This document shows, one piece after another, positions 24,579-38,149 of a stretch of 64,000 bases of DNA; position 1 is the first letter of the stretch, and every line of letters starts with the position of its first letter. The notes under the pieces were generated by a model. That model made no database searches. It saw only the letters and a program-made list of their open reading frames with translations, and had not been told where the DNA came from. Made by a program: the position numbers and the translations under genes. The DNA comes from Mobula hypostoma (lineage: Eukaryota), in contig NC_086108.1 of NCBI RefSeq assembly GCF_963921235.1, positions 45,882,001-45,946,000 on the forward strand, written 5' to 3'.

Positions 24579-25489
24579 TAAACCAAGCTGATTGATTGGT
24601 AGAGCAGTACTTTAAAATGGGGAGGAGTGTGTTTGAGAGGCATTTCCTGTGGTCAGCATCAGCCACCCTTTCCTCTCCTTCTTTCAAAGTGATCACGATT
24701 ATGGCACCTCTGAGGACCCCAGCAAAGTTCTCACTTCTCCGTTGTCAAAAGTTGGGTTATGGGTTTGTGAACTTTGCCAGGGATACCATTTGCTCTTGAA
24801 GCCTTGTTGATTTTAAATTGGGATATGGCCGCCTTGGCAATGTGCTGATCAGAGTGATGGTGAGACGGCACTGAATAGGCTGCTGTAGAGCTGAGAGTGC
24901 TCACAGCAAGGATGGAGAGTTCTTTGACTGTTCCTCCCAATGGGTATTGTCGTCCTTGATAAGCTCATCTTTGTTCTTGGTTTTGACTGCAGAGGAGCCT
25001 TGAATGTTTATGCCACGGAGGGCCTTGCTGGCACTGAGTAATCTTCCTTTGGCACGCTGGTGGTCAGTAGCTGAACCTCCTGCACCAGACTCCCAAAATA
25101 AATGCTCTATCCTGAGTGTTATGCAATGAAATTGCCAAATGAATAGAGGAAAAGACTAAAGAATGCATTCAAAACAGTTTCAAAATGCAATGTCTTGTAT
25201 ATCCCTGGCCCATACTTGCTCAACGTAGAGAAGGAGTATTCAGAATGCTATTAGGAAATGCAAGTCATCCATGTGTTTGGACTAAACAAAGGACCTGTGT
25301 AAATGGCAGGAAGAGTGCAACACCTCACCACTTCAACTACCTCCTCCCTCATGTATGGAAGATTGGCATGCTCATCAGACACATTGGGTCTCATACAGCC
25401 TGCGTGGACACATCTATCCTGAGGGATGATCTATGAGGAAGAAGAAGGGGGAGAAGATCATCAACAACAATCGGAGCCAAGAAAGAAAG

Positions 25490-26582
25490 AAGCAGTGGAA
25501 AGGGTGAGCAGTTTCATGTTCCTGGGTGTCAGCATCTCTGAAGATCTATCTAATCCCCAGACTACTGATGCAATTACAAAGAAGGCAACCCAGCTAAATC
25601 CTATATTTCATTAGGAGTTTGAGAAGACTAGCAAATTTCTACAGATGAACTGCAGAAGAGAGCATTCTAACTGGTTGCATCACCGTCTGGTATGGAAGGG
25701 TCACAGAACAGGACTGGAAAAAGCTTCAGAGGCTGCAAACTCAGCCGGCCTCCATCATGGGCACCAGCCTCCCAGCATCAGGGACACCTTCAAAAGGCAA
25801 TGCCTCAAGTTGGTGACATCCATCATTAAGCACCTCCATCACCCAGTAGGTGACCCTTTCTCATTACCTGTCATCAAGGAGGAGATACAGGAGCCTGAAG
25901 ACACACTCTCAAACTTTTAGGAACAGCTTCTTCTGCTCCATCATCAGATTTCTGAATGGACAATGAACCCATATACACAACTTCACTAACGAGAGAAAAT
26001 CTGCAGATGCTGGAAATCCAAGCAACACCCACAAACCGCTGGAGGAACTCAGCAGGCCAGGCAGCATCTATGGAAGAGAGAACAGTCGACATCCTGTCCG
26101 GCTGAAGGGTTTTGGCCTGAAACGAGGACTGTACTCTTTTCCGTAGATGCTGCCTGGCCTGCTGAGTTCCACCAGCATTTTGTGTAGGTTACACAACCTC
26201 GCTGTTTTATTTCTGATTTTTGTTGTCTTTTTCCACCACCTATTTAATTTCTAAAAATATATATCGTATTGTAATTGTATTTTTTATTTTGTATTGCATT
26301 GTACTGGTGCCGCAAAATAACTTATTTCCTGACATACGCCAGTGATATTAAACCTGATTCTGATTCTGAATCTGATCATGTGGCAGTAACTCAATGCAGA
26401 CATGGTTATGAACACTACCTCACTGTGCTTGCTCTCTTTATGCATTGCTCATTTATCTTAATTTTTTAATATACTGTATATTTCTTATTGTAGCTTATAG
26501 TATTTTTTATGTGTTGCATTGTACTGCTGCTGCAAAACAGATTTCCTGACATATGTCAGTGATATTAAACCTGATTCTGATT
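25490..26582 (+). mobile_element. Rex1-like LINE 3' fragment(s) with two tails, interrupted by a palindromic PLE insert
   Basis: AVERVSSFMFLGVSISEDL; GATATTAAACCTGATTCTGATT tails near 26345 and 26562. Confidence 0.75.
25988..26189. mobile_element. 202-bp fold-back PLE-end insertion with 14-bp TSD
   Basis: Minus-strand PLE tail followed by a plus-strand partial copy; flanks TACACAACTTCACT (25974-25987) / TACACAACCTCGCT (26190-26203). Confidence 0.8.
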
Positions 26583-27019
26583 GAGTGGTTAACTGATGAC
26601 TTCGCTGTTGCTGGTAAAGAGCTCTGCTGGAGTACATCCTCAACGCGGCTGTTACAAACACATTGGTTTTCATGGTACTAACCAGTTTGAAAGAACTAAA
26701 TGAGGAAACCCTATTGAAATTAATTTTTCCTTTAATTGATTCTTTTGGAAGGATACGGTTTCACATTTCCATCTCTTTTATCAAGTAATATTTAATCGGG
26801 GATAGGCTGCATAAGGAACTCAGCAAGTTAATCAGCATCTGTGGGAAGAAAAGAATTTTTGACATCTTGGATCAAAACCATGCATCAGAACTGAGGACAC
26901 TTCCTTTCTACCTACAGCTATTGCTTGACTTGTTGAGTATTACCAGCATATTGTTTGTGGCTCCAGATTGCAGCATCTCTATTCCCCAGTAACTCCACAG
27001 ATTTCTGAGAGGGAAAGCT

Positions 27020-27640
27020 AATCTCATTACTTTGATTGAGATTTTGTAGGGTAACTAAAGATTGTTGAAGTCAGGTCAGTAGGCATTGTCTATATGGACT
27101 TCAGTTGGGCTTTGGACAAGGTTTTGCATGATAAGTTGGTCCAGAAGGTTAAGGAACATGACATCCAAGGTGATCTGGCTAATTGGATCCAAAATTAGCT
27201 TGTTGATAGGAGGCAGATGGTAGTGTTAAAGGTTGTGGTTGCACCAGAGAGAATTCAGAGGAGATACACTAGGATGTTTGAGTTGGAGAGAAATGGGGTG
27301 AGATTCGATAGGCTAGGCTTTTTTTCTCAGGACTGAAAGAGGCCAAGAGGAAACATGACAGAAATATATAAAATTATAGAAGGTATAGAGTAGAAAGTCA
27401 GGACCTTTTTCTCATTACAGGTATATCAAAAATAAAAGAAGAAAGACATAATGTGAGAAGAAATAGTTTTAAAGTAGACTTAAGGTGATAAGCTTTTGTT
27501 TGATATCTAGAATTGGCCGTCAGAAGACGTGATGAAATCAGATGCATTTCAGAGATATTTTAGGCAAGCACTTGAATAGGCAAGGCATAGAATGGTACAG
27601 GCCTGATATGTAATATGGGCAGATTAGATCCCTGAATGAA
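27020..27640 (+). mobile_element. Old CR1 LINE remnant
   Basis: Degenerate RT text (GTCTATATGGACTTCAG...GGACAAGGTTTTGCATG; AATTGGATCCAAAATTAGCTT). Confidence 0.6.
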
Positions 27641-28734
27641 CCAGCATGAATCAAGAGTGTACTCTATCAGATCAATTGTGAGAATGTGGAAGGTATGCAT
27701 GCGGCTGTCTGATAGCGTGGTGAATCGATTGGGCCCCCTACGCACGGGGAGTGCTCTCCGTTGGCGCGGACTTTCGAGTGCACATGCTTTTTGTCTCTGC
27801 AGGCCCAGTTTGTTGCTCCCATGATCTAAGTTGCCAGCGTGTACAGTTACTAACATGACTCAGTAAATACCTTTAACTACTGTTTGCTCCACCCTTTCAG
27901 TATGTAATACAGAGGCCTTTTCTGTGCTGTACTTGTCTATGACCCGAAGCTTATATTCTTCTATCTATTCACCTGCCTTGTGGTTATTGCCATGGGCTAT
28001 TGATGAGGGAAGACATCTACATTCTGTCCCATGAAGGCCAGGGACTGCTGAACTTTTAATTTTGATTAGTTACCAAGATTTTGAGTCAGCCTGTCCAGTG
28101 GCACAACACTGTATTAACATAATGCTGGCAGAGAAGAAAGTCACGTGACACTTTGCCAGCCAGTAGAAATCTGTTCGGGCAAAACAATGTCCATGAATTG
28201 ATGGTTGACTACCATATGTATGATACCTTGTTCTGGGTTTAATGATGACTGTCCCTGTATGCTAGCAAATTTATTATGAAGGTGGCAAGTCAGATAGCAG
28301 CTGGAATCTCCAGCCAATCTTACAAACTAGCTCCTACCCAGAACCACACATACAAAGTGCTGGAGGAATTCAGCAGGTCAAATAACATGTTAGGATGTAG
28401 AATGACTTTGGTATGAATGTATGTAGTCCAATTCTCTTCAGACTCCTCAGAAAGTAGAGGCATTGGTGAGCTTTCCTGACTGTGTAGGATGTGTTCGGGA
28501 CCATGAAATGTTATGCATTTGCAGGAGTTTGAAACTTTGGAAAACATCCTCTCCACCCTTTTATTCTCCTCTTATAAACTCAAGTGGCTTTAATGTTCTG
28601 AGCATATCAACCTACTTTGCAGCTGGCTACATTTCATAAGCTATTTGTTGTCTGGTCATCTGTAGCAATGGTGTTTCCTGAAGCTAGCAGTGGTGATAGC
28701 GATGAACTGCCTTGTGGTGATAAATTTGTAGCAC

Positions 28735-29990
28735 ACACTACAAGCTGGAGGAACACAGCAGGTCAGGCAACATCAGGCTGGGACCGTTCATCAGAACAGG
28801 AAAGGAAGGGAGAGTGTTGAAGCTTAAAAAAAGATGAGGGGTGGGGAGGAATAGAAGTGAGCTGGTGATAGGTGAGACTGGACCAGGGAGAAGGTGGGTC
28901 TGTGCGTGGGGGAGGGGGGGAATGATGTGAAAAGCTGGGAGGTGACAGGTGGAAGAGGTAGAGGATAGGTTAGGAGGTGGGGCACCAGAGGGAGGTGATG
29001 GGCAGCTCATGAGAGTGGGGTGGGGGGGGGAGAGGAGAAGGGATGAGAGAATGGGGAATCAAAAGAAAAAAGAGGTGGAAGGAGTGGAGTCATTACCAGA
29101 AGTTGGAAAAATTGATATTCATACTATCAGGTTAGAGGCTACACAGTTGGAATATGAGCTGCTGCCCCTCCAATGTGCATTTGTCCTCATTGTGACAGTG
29201 GAGGAGGCCATGTTGGAATGGAAGTCAAATTAAAATGGATGGCCACCAGGAGATGCTGCCTTTTGTGGCAGACAGAAAAGGTTCTTGACACATCTGCTTC
29301 AGGTCTCACCAATGTCGATGAGGCTACGCTGGGAGCACCAGAAATAATAAATGACCCTGATAGACAGTGGTGCTTCACCTGTGAACCTGATGATGTGCTG
29401 GTTATGGATGCTTGGTGGTGAGGACAATGGTAAGGGTTAAGGGGGGTGGAAATGAAGAAGATACAGGTGAGGACAGCTTCTATAGTGGAGGAAGGGAAAC
29501 CTTGTTTTCTAAAAAAGTGGCATCTCGGGTGTTCTCGAATGGAAAGCCTCATCTTGAGAACACATGTAGAGGAAATAAGAGAAGGGAATAGTCTTCTTAC
29601 AAGTGACAGGTGAGAAGGGGCATAGTCTAGATAACTGAGGGTCAGTGGGTTTGTAAAGGGTGTCCGTAGATAACCTCCAGAGGTAGAGACAGAACACTTA
29701 AGAAAGGGGAGAGAAGAGTAAAAGAGAGGTGTCAGCGATGGACCAAGTAAATTTGAGGGCAGGGCGAAAATTTGAGGCAGCACTGATGAAATGAAAGAGC
29801 TCAGCATGGGTGCAGGAAGCAGCATCAATGCAGTCATCAGAAAGAGTTGGGGAGTGTTATCAGTGTAGGCTTGAAACATGGGCTGTTCCACGTAACCAAT
29901 TGAAGAGGCAGGCATAGTTCAGGCCCAGGCGAGTGCCCATGGCTACACCTTGGGTTTGGACAAAGTGTGAGGAGCCAAAACAGTGATTGC
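28735..29990 (-). mobile_element. Penelope-like retroelement, RT C-half/GIY-YIG/3' UTR remnant
   Basis: Minus strand encodes PLE RT-like GVAMGTRLG...GYVEQPMFQAY; ends in the same tail family as the hammerhead-bearing copies. Confidence 0.8.
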
Positions 29991-29999
29991 TGAGGATAA

Positions 30000-30565
30000 G
30001 TGCCCATTCCTCTACTCTACTGCCACAGGGAAACCAAACTCAGATTGGGGAAAGAACACCTCATATTCCATCTGGGTAGTCTCCAACCTGCTGGTATTAA
30101 CATCAATTTTTCAAACTTCTGGTAAGCACCCCCCCCTCCTTTCTTGTTTTCCCCCTTCTGATGGCCCTCTCACCCCTTCTCCCATCTCCCTTGACCTGCC
30201 CATCACCTCCCTCCAATTCCTCACCCCCTTCCCTTTACTCCACTGTCCTCTCCTATCAGATTCCTTCTTCCTCGGCCTCTTCAACCTATGACCTCTGAGC
30301 TCCTCAGATCGTCCCCCTTTTCCCCAGCCGCCCAGCTTCCCCCTCAGCTGGCCTCGCCTATCGCCTGCCAGCTTGCAGTCCTCTACTTCCTCCCACCTCC
30401 TTATTCTGGTTTCTACCCACTTCCTTTCCAGTCCTGATGAAAGGTCTTAGCCTGAAGCATCGACTCTTTATTCCTCTCCTTAGATGCTGCTTGCCCTGCT
30501 GAGCTCCTCCATTATTTTGTGTGTGGCGCTCACGAATTCCAGCATCTTCGGAATCTTTTGTATCT
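30000..30565 (+). mobile_element. PLE 3' end (inverted partner of 28735-29990), degenerate hammerhead at 30430-30465
   Basis: CACCTCATATTCCATCTGGGTAGTCTCCAACCTG (HLIFHLGSLQP); AGTCCTGATGAAAGGTCTTAGCCTGAAGCATCGACT. Confidence 0.8.
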
Positions 30566-31745
30566 AGAATCTACCCAGGAAGTATGAGGGTGGGGCATAG
30601 GGTGCTATATTGTTATTTTACTCTCAATACCTTCATTATGTCTTTTTAGACAGAGAATTCTTAAATTGAATTGTAAACATAGTGGCAATTTAACTTTATT
30701 TGATAATGTATTGCAGTAGTAAATAAGCTGAATGCATTTATCCTGATATCAGGCAGTTTATGTGCATTTTCTGACGAATGGGTTCATGAATAAAATAATC
30801 TAATCAAGCCCACTATTGAGATCAATTGATTCCGGTTTCCCTGCTGATTTGTTTATTATTCATTTGTCTGCTGTTTTATGAAAAAAACGATCAAGGAGTT
30901 TTCAAGTTGGGATCTTCTTTTGGTCTTTTTCGCACCACATACCCGTACTGTACCCATTGCTTTTAGGGCATGGTCGTACTGGGTATGGTTACCTCCTCCA
31001 TCTTTAAAGGCCCACCATTGTTTAAAACGTCTGGATGCAGTCAGTGATTTTTCACTGTGAAAATCTATACAATTCTTTTTTATATATAAAGTGTCTGCAC
31101 CATTTGGGGCTCATCACATGAATCTGTTGTTTAGAACCATTTTAAATCCAAATTTACAAATGGATGCTTCATCGTTTGGTTTCTGGTAAACTGCTCTGTG
31201 GCATAATTAATAAACTGGCTGTTTGCTAATGACAAAAATGGAAACATTTTAAAGAACAATTTCAGATCAAGTTTAAAAGAAGTCTATACAATGGTTTCTT
31301 GCAACTTCATGGAATAATTTGTAGCAGATGTTACCATGCATCTATCTACCCTTAATCATCTGCAGCAAAAACAAAGAGAAAGTGCTTGTTCTTGCCCTTA
31401 AAACATCTACTTTTGCTGAAGTCGAAGTTCAGTTCTCTGATTTGTTCTTTCTTGGGACCTCAAAGCTGAAAACTCGATTTGCTATCTTTCTCCTTGAGAC
31501 TTTTGATCTCGGGCTTGGTACTCCCACTCACTGGCTTCCAAATTGACCTCGCCTTCTGTTCTGGTTCAGTCCTGCTTCCTTCCTTCCTTCCTAAGCCTTC
31601 TTTCACTGCATGTACATTGCAGTGTGTCATGCTGTGTAAGTGACCGGGGTTGATGTGAGCCCCAAAGGTTTCAAAGAGGCTTGATTGAAATTCCGCATTC
31701 ATGAAGCAAACGCACTCAGACTCTTTTCTTTCCCGTGTGGTGCAG

Positions 31746-31868
31746 ATAAAGTTACGTGCCCACCGGACACATTTGGCTGTTCCAGAAACAGATGTATCCC
31801 ACTTTCGTGGCAGTGTGACGGTCAGAAGGACTGTGGAAATGGAACCGACGAGTTGCATTGTGCAGATG
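31746..31868 (+). CDS. LRP8: LRP8 exon, LA3, 123 nt
   Basis: tgcag|ATAAA...GATG|gtgagt; [41 protein letters not shown]. Confidence 0.92.
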
Positions 31869-33923
31869 GTGAGTGTGTGAATTTCCTTTGGGGGATTTAG
31901 GTACAGCTCAAGCTCTAAACTTAATCCTAGCTTGGACAACCCCCCAAATGTGACTTTGAGTGAGCCAGAGCTGTAAATGTTAAAGGCCTTTGTTCAGCAC
32001 AAATAAACATTCAGGTGGAGACCTCCTTGGAAGCTTTTTCTCCTGGGAGAATTACCTTCTAGAATCTTTCTGAACTCAGAATACATCAAGGTTTTATGCT
32101 CTTAAAGAAGACAGGTAACAACAGGTGATTGTGTAAATTTCAGTAATTACAACTTCACTATCTTGGGTACATACTGATTGTTCCATTAAATTGTATATTT
32201 ACAAAGGGAATAAGTCTGAAGTAATGCCACCATTGTACAACTTTGAGATGAAAGGTATTCACGTGAATGGTCCCAAGAGGTTCTGAGGGCAAACACACAA
32301 AATTAGTGTTGTATGGTTTAACACTCTGGGTACACAAGTATCCTGATTATTAATTGATGGAGAAAATATGCAGATTACCATATTTGTTGCACCAATTGTC
32401 AAATAACTAGTGCGAAGCCTTATCTTGTTCACAATGCTGTGAAATTGTTTTGTTGAAAATGTCCGATGTAGGCCAGTTAACATAGTTCCATTATTTCGTG
32501 TTTAGCAAATGTGTACGAGAATGTCTTGAGCAGCCTCCAGCTAGGAATTCATAGCCAGCTCTCTCCAGGCAGTGCTGCTTTTTCATGCTATTGTGCTTTT
32601 GATTTTAAAGCTAATTACTGCTTGTAGCTCACATTTTGTAATAGCTAAATAAAATTGGTTCTCATTTGTATTAATGGCCGCCATCTCCATAACTCCTAAA
32701 GGATACCTCCCACCTAACAATCCCAAACAGAGAAGGTGAGTGTGTGACCATCTTTCGGGTGAGTTTTGGGTATGGCTCCAGCTGTAACCTTAACCTTTGC
32801 CATCTGGTTTCCCCCAAGGTTCAGCAAGAGAAGTGAACTATCACCCTGCGTAGCTCTGACTGATATACATCTCAAGTTTCCATGTTCCATCGCAGGGTGG
32901 TGCTGTGAAACCCATCTTGGCAGAGAGCATTGCAGCTTAGCTAGGAGATGCCAGAGAGGGCATTAAAAGCCATGGTTCTTCCTTCTGATCACTATCACTG
33001 ACCAGCTGGAAAATAAAAATATATCGATATCTGCTGGTGGGATTTGTTTTGGCTGGGGATGTCTTTTGACAAGCAAGCATCAGGCTCTGATGTAAATATC
33101 ACCAGCCGGAGCTGCTGCTTTTCTAAAGGCAAGCATCTATTTTTAAATGACAATTGCTGCAAATAATGTCTCTGGCCTCTGTGAAGCCTTTCCTAACAAC
33201 TGAACACATACTGACTTTGTCCAAGGCTGAACAGATGGCCGATCAGTTTGTTGCAGTTCCTACAGTTGTCACGGTTTTACCTTGGAGATCACGTTTCTTG
33301 AGCAAAAGCAGGATGCTAGCGCTCACAGGGGAAAGCCAGCTCATTTTGAAACCCCCCCCACACATGTTGATGACGCCAAACTTCACTTTTGAATTGTCCT
33401 CTGAAGGAGTAATTTGTAAAATTAATTAGCTTTGATTAATTGACTGCTCTGTGAACGTGTCATTTTAAAGTTCCCACACAATTTCTGTCTTTGACATTGT
33501 GGATTTCCTGGCGGACTTAACCAGCATAGGCTGGACGTTAGTAAACTGAATTGAGATGCAGGTGCTCATGTGGAGTGATGTTGGCCAACTGCAGCTGGGC
33601 ACCGTAATTGGATTTGGCTGTCCCCAGGGAGAGGGGTGATTCCCTACCGGTAACTCTGCTGGAGAGTGCACATGCAATGAGTAAGGGATTATGTTCGGGT
33701 GTAACGGTCCATCTGCTGAATAACCTGCCAATGCTCTGTTCCAACTTTCACCTGCGCTTGCAACTGCTGGGCCCGATATTCAGCATCAGTCAGTGCATTC
33801 AGACATGGTAAAGAGATGTTTGAAGCCTGGGTTGATGAAAAGAGGGAAATAATTGTTTTTTTTTAATTGAGTGCAAGATTTTATCAATTCGTTTGTAATA
33901 GTGGCTCTTCCCACATTCCACAG

Positions 33924-34301
33924 ATAAGAAGACCTGCTCGGCCAATGAATTCTTATGTGATAATGATAAGTGCATCACCATGCTGTTTGTTTGCGATGGG
34001 GACGACGACTGTGGTGATGGCACAGAGGAGCGAGACTGCTCTCCACCTTCCTGTGGAGCCCACGAGTTCCAGTGCAACAGCTCCATCTGCATCCCCGAGC
34101 TGTGGGCCTGCGATGGCGACGTGGACTGTCCCGACGGCTCGGACGAGAGCGTGGAGAGTTGCGGCCATTCAGCGACTCCGAAGCCGACGGGCGCTTGCTC
34201 AGCCAGCGAGTTTCGGTGCACAAACGGCGAGTGCATCCACTTCAACTGGAAATGTGACGGAAACGTAGACTGCAAGGACAGATCAGATGAAACTGGCTGT
34301 C
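33924..34301 (+). CDS. LRP8: LRP8 exon, LA4-LA6, 378 nt
   Basis: cacag|ATAAG...TGTC|gtaagt; three 6-Cys LDLa repeats with a linker ([10 protein letters not shown]...[11 protein letters not shown]). Confidence 0.95.
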
Positions 34302-35729
34302 GTAAGTTCTCTTATCTCTAAGTTTATCAGACTGGGAGTGTGTCATTTCAGGGTGTTCTCTGTGGCGTGCATGTAGTGAGGCACTTAATTCATGTGTAGC
34401 AGGTTCAGAGACTATGATCTCTTCCGCTCTGTGCTAAGTTAACTGACTACAGTTTAAATTGACAACGCGCTGAAATAACCAGCTGTAATTAAAAAGTATT
34501 ACACGTAAAGGCAAATAGAATTTTTAAGCATTTCTCACCTCAACCCCCAAAGAAAACCTGGAATGCTTACTGAATCTGGTTCTTTAGGTGTCAGGTGCAC
34601 TGCATTAGATTATCCAGTTAGCTGGTGTGTGTGTGTGTGTGTTTGTTTGTTTATTGGCAGGATACACTCTCAGAGCATTAGCAAACAGAATATGACAGCA
34701 GTCCATGTAAGGATATATCAGCAAAATAGAAATAAAGCTCAGTGAGAGATAGATTTTATGGAGCGTTTTAAAGGAGTAGAAAGAGATTGAGAAACTCAGG
34801 GAAGTAATTCCAGAGTTGAAGAGCCTGCAGGCATGGACGAGCAGTTAAAATATGCAGGAATTAGCATTGGAGAAGTTCAAGGAGACCTTAAAAACTGGGT
34901 CTTAAAATCTGAAAGATGCTGGATTTACAGGCAACAGTGAGCATTGGTTTGATGAGTGAACAGGATTTGTGCCAATTAGGATATAGACAACGCGATGAAT
35001 TTATGGAGCGTAAAATAAAACTTGGAGAACCATGGAGAATATCAGGCAGCTGTACCATCAGGTCCAAAGTGTCTATGATGCTGACTTGTAGAATGCCTCG
35101 TGTTAATTCGGACCTCTGTCTCTGAGTTTCTGGCTGAATTTGCTCTCACTATTCTCCACAGAATTTGGAGGCTTGACTCCCAGGAAGTACATACACAAAG
35201 TATTTTTAGTAGAAAAGGACAACAGTTACCTCACAAAAGTAAATGCAAGATCTGACCAAAGTAGGAATATCCATTAATCCCACAGTGCAACTCATTCGGG
35301 GTGGTGGAATGCAATGATGGTAACAAGAGACCATTGAACCCCTCAAGCCTGTTCTGCACGCCTGATAGCAACAGTGCCATTTACAAATAACGATAGGCAT
35401 GACAGGTACTGTGACGGATTTTTGAGCCTACAGTTTTGTCAATAACCAGTCAGACTTTTGGGTTTGCAGGCTGATATACCTTTATCTCTGGGAAGTTCCA
35501 TGGTTGAGAAAGAAAATGAGGTAAAAGGATAGAATGGTACTTTCCCTGACCTTGGAATATCTTTTGACACTTAAGACCCTCTTCAAGTTTAGCTGTCTGC
35601 CTGTGTGTTCAGTTTTATCCTGGTGGCTTTTGAAACATTAAGATTTTTTGATGTTTTAATAATCTTTCTCCTGAATAACAATAAAAGTGGGAACATTTAA
35701 AAACAAAGCATGTCTTTTTTTTCTTAAAG

Positions 35730-35852
35730 CAAAGGTAACTTGCCAGCCCGATGAATTCCAGTGTGGCGATGGGAGTTGCATTCATGGCTCCAAGCAGTGT
35801 AACCAGGTCTTTGACTGTCCAGACCGCATCGATGAGCTAGACTGCAAAACTG
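35730..35852 (+). CDS. LRP8: LRP8 exon, LA7, 123 nt
   Basis: ttaaag|CAAAG...ACTG|gttagt; [41 protein letters not shown] (not in the ORF track, read by hand). Confidence 0.92.
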
Positions 35853-35938
35853 GTTAGTGCTGTTTACTGAGTGACGTGTTTCCAAGTAAGTGATGGCGGC
35901 CCTTGAGATCTAATAATGTTGTTCTTGGTGTCAAACAG

Positions 35939-36061
35939 TGAGCCCCTGTAAAGGACATTCAAAGTTTCTGTGTGGAAGTGGAGAGTGCATTGATTCAAAG
36001 AAAGTCTGTGACTCTCACAAGGACTGCAAAGACTGGTCAGATGAACCACTTAAAGAATGTG
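35939..36061 (+). CDS. LRP8: LRP8 exon, LA8, 123 nt
   Basis: aacag|TGAGC...TGTG|gtaaga; [41 protein letters not shown]. Confidence 0.92.
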
Positions 36062-37454
36062 GTAAGATGGATTCAGTGTGGCAGGTGCTTTCTATCAGCA
36101 TTACAACTCCCACGTATTCTCCTTCCTGTTTTCCAAGCAAGCAGTAGTGATGAGGGAGTGGAATGTTTCAGGAGAGTAGGCTAGGGCTGAAGTGAAGATT
36201 CCTTTGTGTTTCTTGGTATTGCTGTTTTGTTTCAATCTAACAATCCCTTTCTGCCTTGTCCTTTGAATTCTGTGATAATTGAAATGAAGCACAGAGTCTT
36301 ATTGCCTCTCGGTATTTGCATTGTGAGAAGTGTAGTACTGTTTACAAGGTCAGAACTACTTCTGAAGTAGAGTCATTGATGCAAGGAATAAGTCACCGGT
36401 ATGCACATCATGAGGTCTCTCAAACAGCCCTGGGATAGCAGTCAGGTGGAAATTGTGTATGGTTAAAATGCTCGACAAGATGAGGAGGAAAAATCCACTC
36501 TTTCTCTCAAACCGATAGACATCTAATGTAGGAGCTTTCATTGTACATGCACTGTTCTGAATTAGAGGTGAGATTTCTACCCAGGGATCGAGGCTGGCAC
36601 AGAGCTTGAACTGAATAGAACTTTTGCTGCAGACCACAGACTGCACTGGACAGATCAGAGGATGGATGATTTTCAGTTTATGCTTTCCCAGTTATTCATC
36701 CAGTTAAAGGCACCTGTCATTCCTATTAGGAATTTTATAAAACAAACAAATTACTTTTTATACGAATCACTTATAATATCTCATCCAACCCTTTATCTCA
36801 GATAGCTGTTAACTTGTTTTTCTGACTGCTATTCAATCCAGAAACCTGCTCATCCAATATGAGTTGTGTTTCTATCTACTGAGGCCTAATGTCTGGAATC
36901 TTCACCGCCTCTCCAACTCTATCTTTCTTTCGTACCTACAAATGCCATTTAAAATGTACCCATTTCACGAAGCTTTTGGTTATCTTCCTTAATATCCTGT
37001 AGCTCAGTAGTTCTGTATACTTGAAAACAATCACAAACCATCTTCGGATTTGTTTTTGCAGTGTTGAGGTGTCTAATGGAGGTGATTCATGCACTGATTA
37101 AGTCATTTTCTCAAAAATAGAACATTTTAATTAGGCCTCAACATGTCCTGAGTAATTATTAATTTATAACTGATGTTTACAAAACTTAGTAACTGTCTAA
37201 ACTCCACTTCTATCCCCCATTTCCCACCGCCCCCCCCCCAACCCCACTGTTGATTTTGTGATTGAAGAATTGTAATGTTTAACATTTTGGTGAATACCCT
37301 TTTAAGTTCATTGTTAGTGCCCTGTTGGCTATGTTTAGTGTATGTGGATTTACTCAACCGCTCCATTGCATAGATCTGGAAAAACAGTCAGCCGTTCCTC
37401 ACTGATGCTCTGTAATTTATTCCGTCAATGTGTTGATTTTTGTTTTGGTGCCAG

Positions 37455-37574
37455 GATTGAATGAGTGCCTGACCAACAATGGTGGCTGCTCCCACACGTG
37501 TAGAGACTTGAAGGTCGGATATGAATGTGAATGCCCAGCCGGATACACACTGCTAGACTCAAAGACATGTGGAG
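37455..37574 (+). CDS. LRP8: LRP8 exon, EGF-A, 120 nt
   Basis: ccag|GATTG...GGAG|gtaatt; [40 protein letters not shown]. Confidence 0.94.
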
Positions 37575-37722
37575 GTAATTAAAATGCAAGGCAGATCCTC
37601 CCCTCAGTCATTTTCGAACAAAGAGCAGACTGAAACGAAGCACACGTTTCAATAATCAGCACTGTTGCACAAATGGCATAGAATTCAGCCAGTTGATTGA
37701 CTAGTTGAAATGGTTCTTTCAG

Positions 37723-37848
37723 ATATAAATGAATGCGAAGATCTAGACCGATGCAGCCAGATCTGCACTAACATTAAAGGAGGGTACAAGTGCACCTGCT
37801 TCCAAGGTTATGAGATGGATCCAATGACCGAGAGTTGTAAAGCAGTGG
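37723..37848 (+). CDS. LRP8: LRP8 exon, EGF-B (Ca-binding), 126 nt
   Basis: ttcag|ATATA...GTGG|gtaagg; [42 protein letters not shown]. Confidence 0.94.
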
Positions 37849-38149
37849 GTAAGGCAGTCTGCTTCATTTTTGTCCTCTACGAAAGGAGATGACTGCTGGG
37901 AAAATTTCTGCTGGTAATTTGCGCATGATCTCAGGTGGTAGGTGGTTTTGAGCACAAATTCCTTTCATCAGTCTTTTCTCCTAGATATTAACATGATCTG
38001 TGAAACCTTTTTAATCACTGACGCCACTGCATTGGCCGGTGAGGTGGAGGTAGAGGTGTGACTCTCAGCAGTCTGCTGCTCAACGTAGAGTTGATTTATA
38101 CAGAGTACAGTTAAAGCAAGGAAGAAACTGACAGCACCGAAATGGCACC

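Noticed and set aside
36062..37454. Short furin-site cassette exon known between the LA repeats and EGF-A in some ApoER2 orthologs
   Set aside because: I found no polybasic phase 1-1 mini-exon with convincing splice sites by eye.
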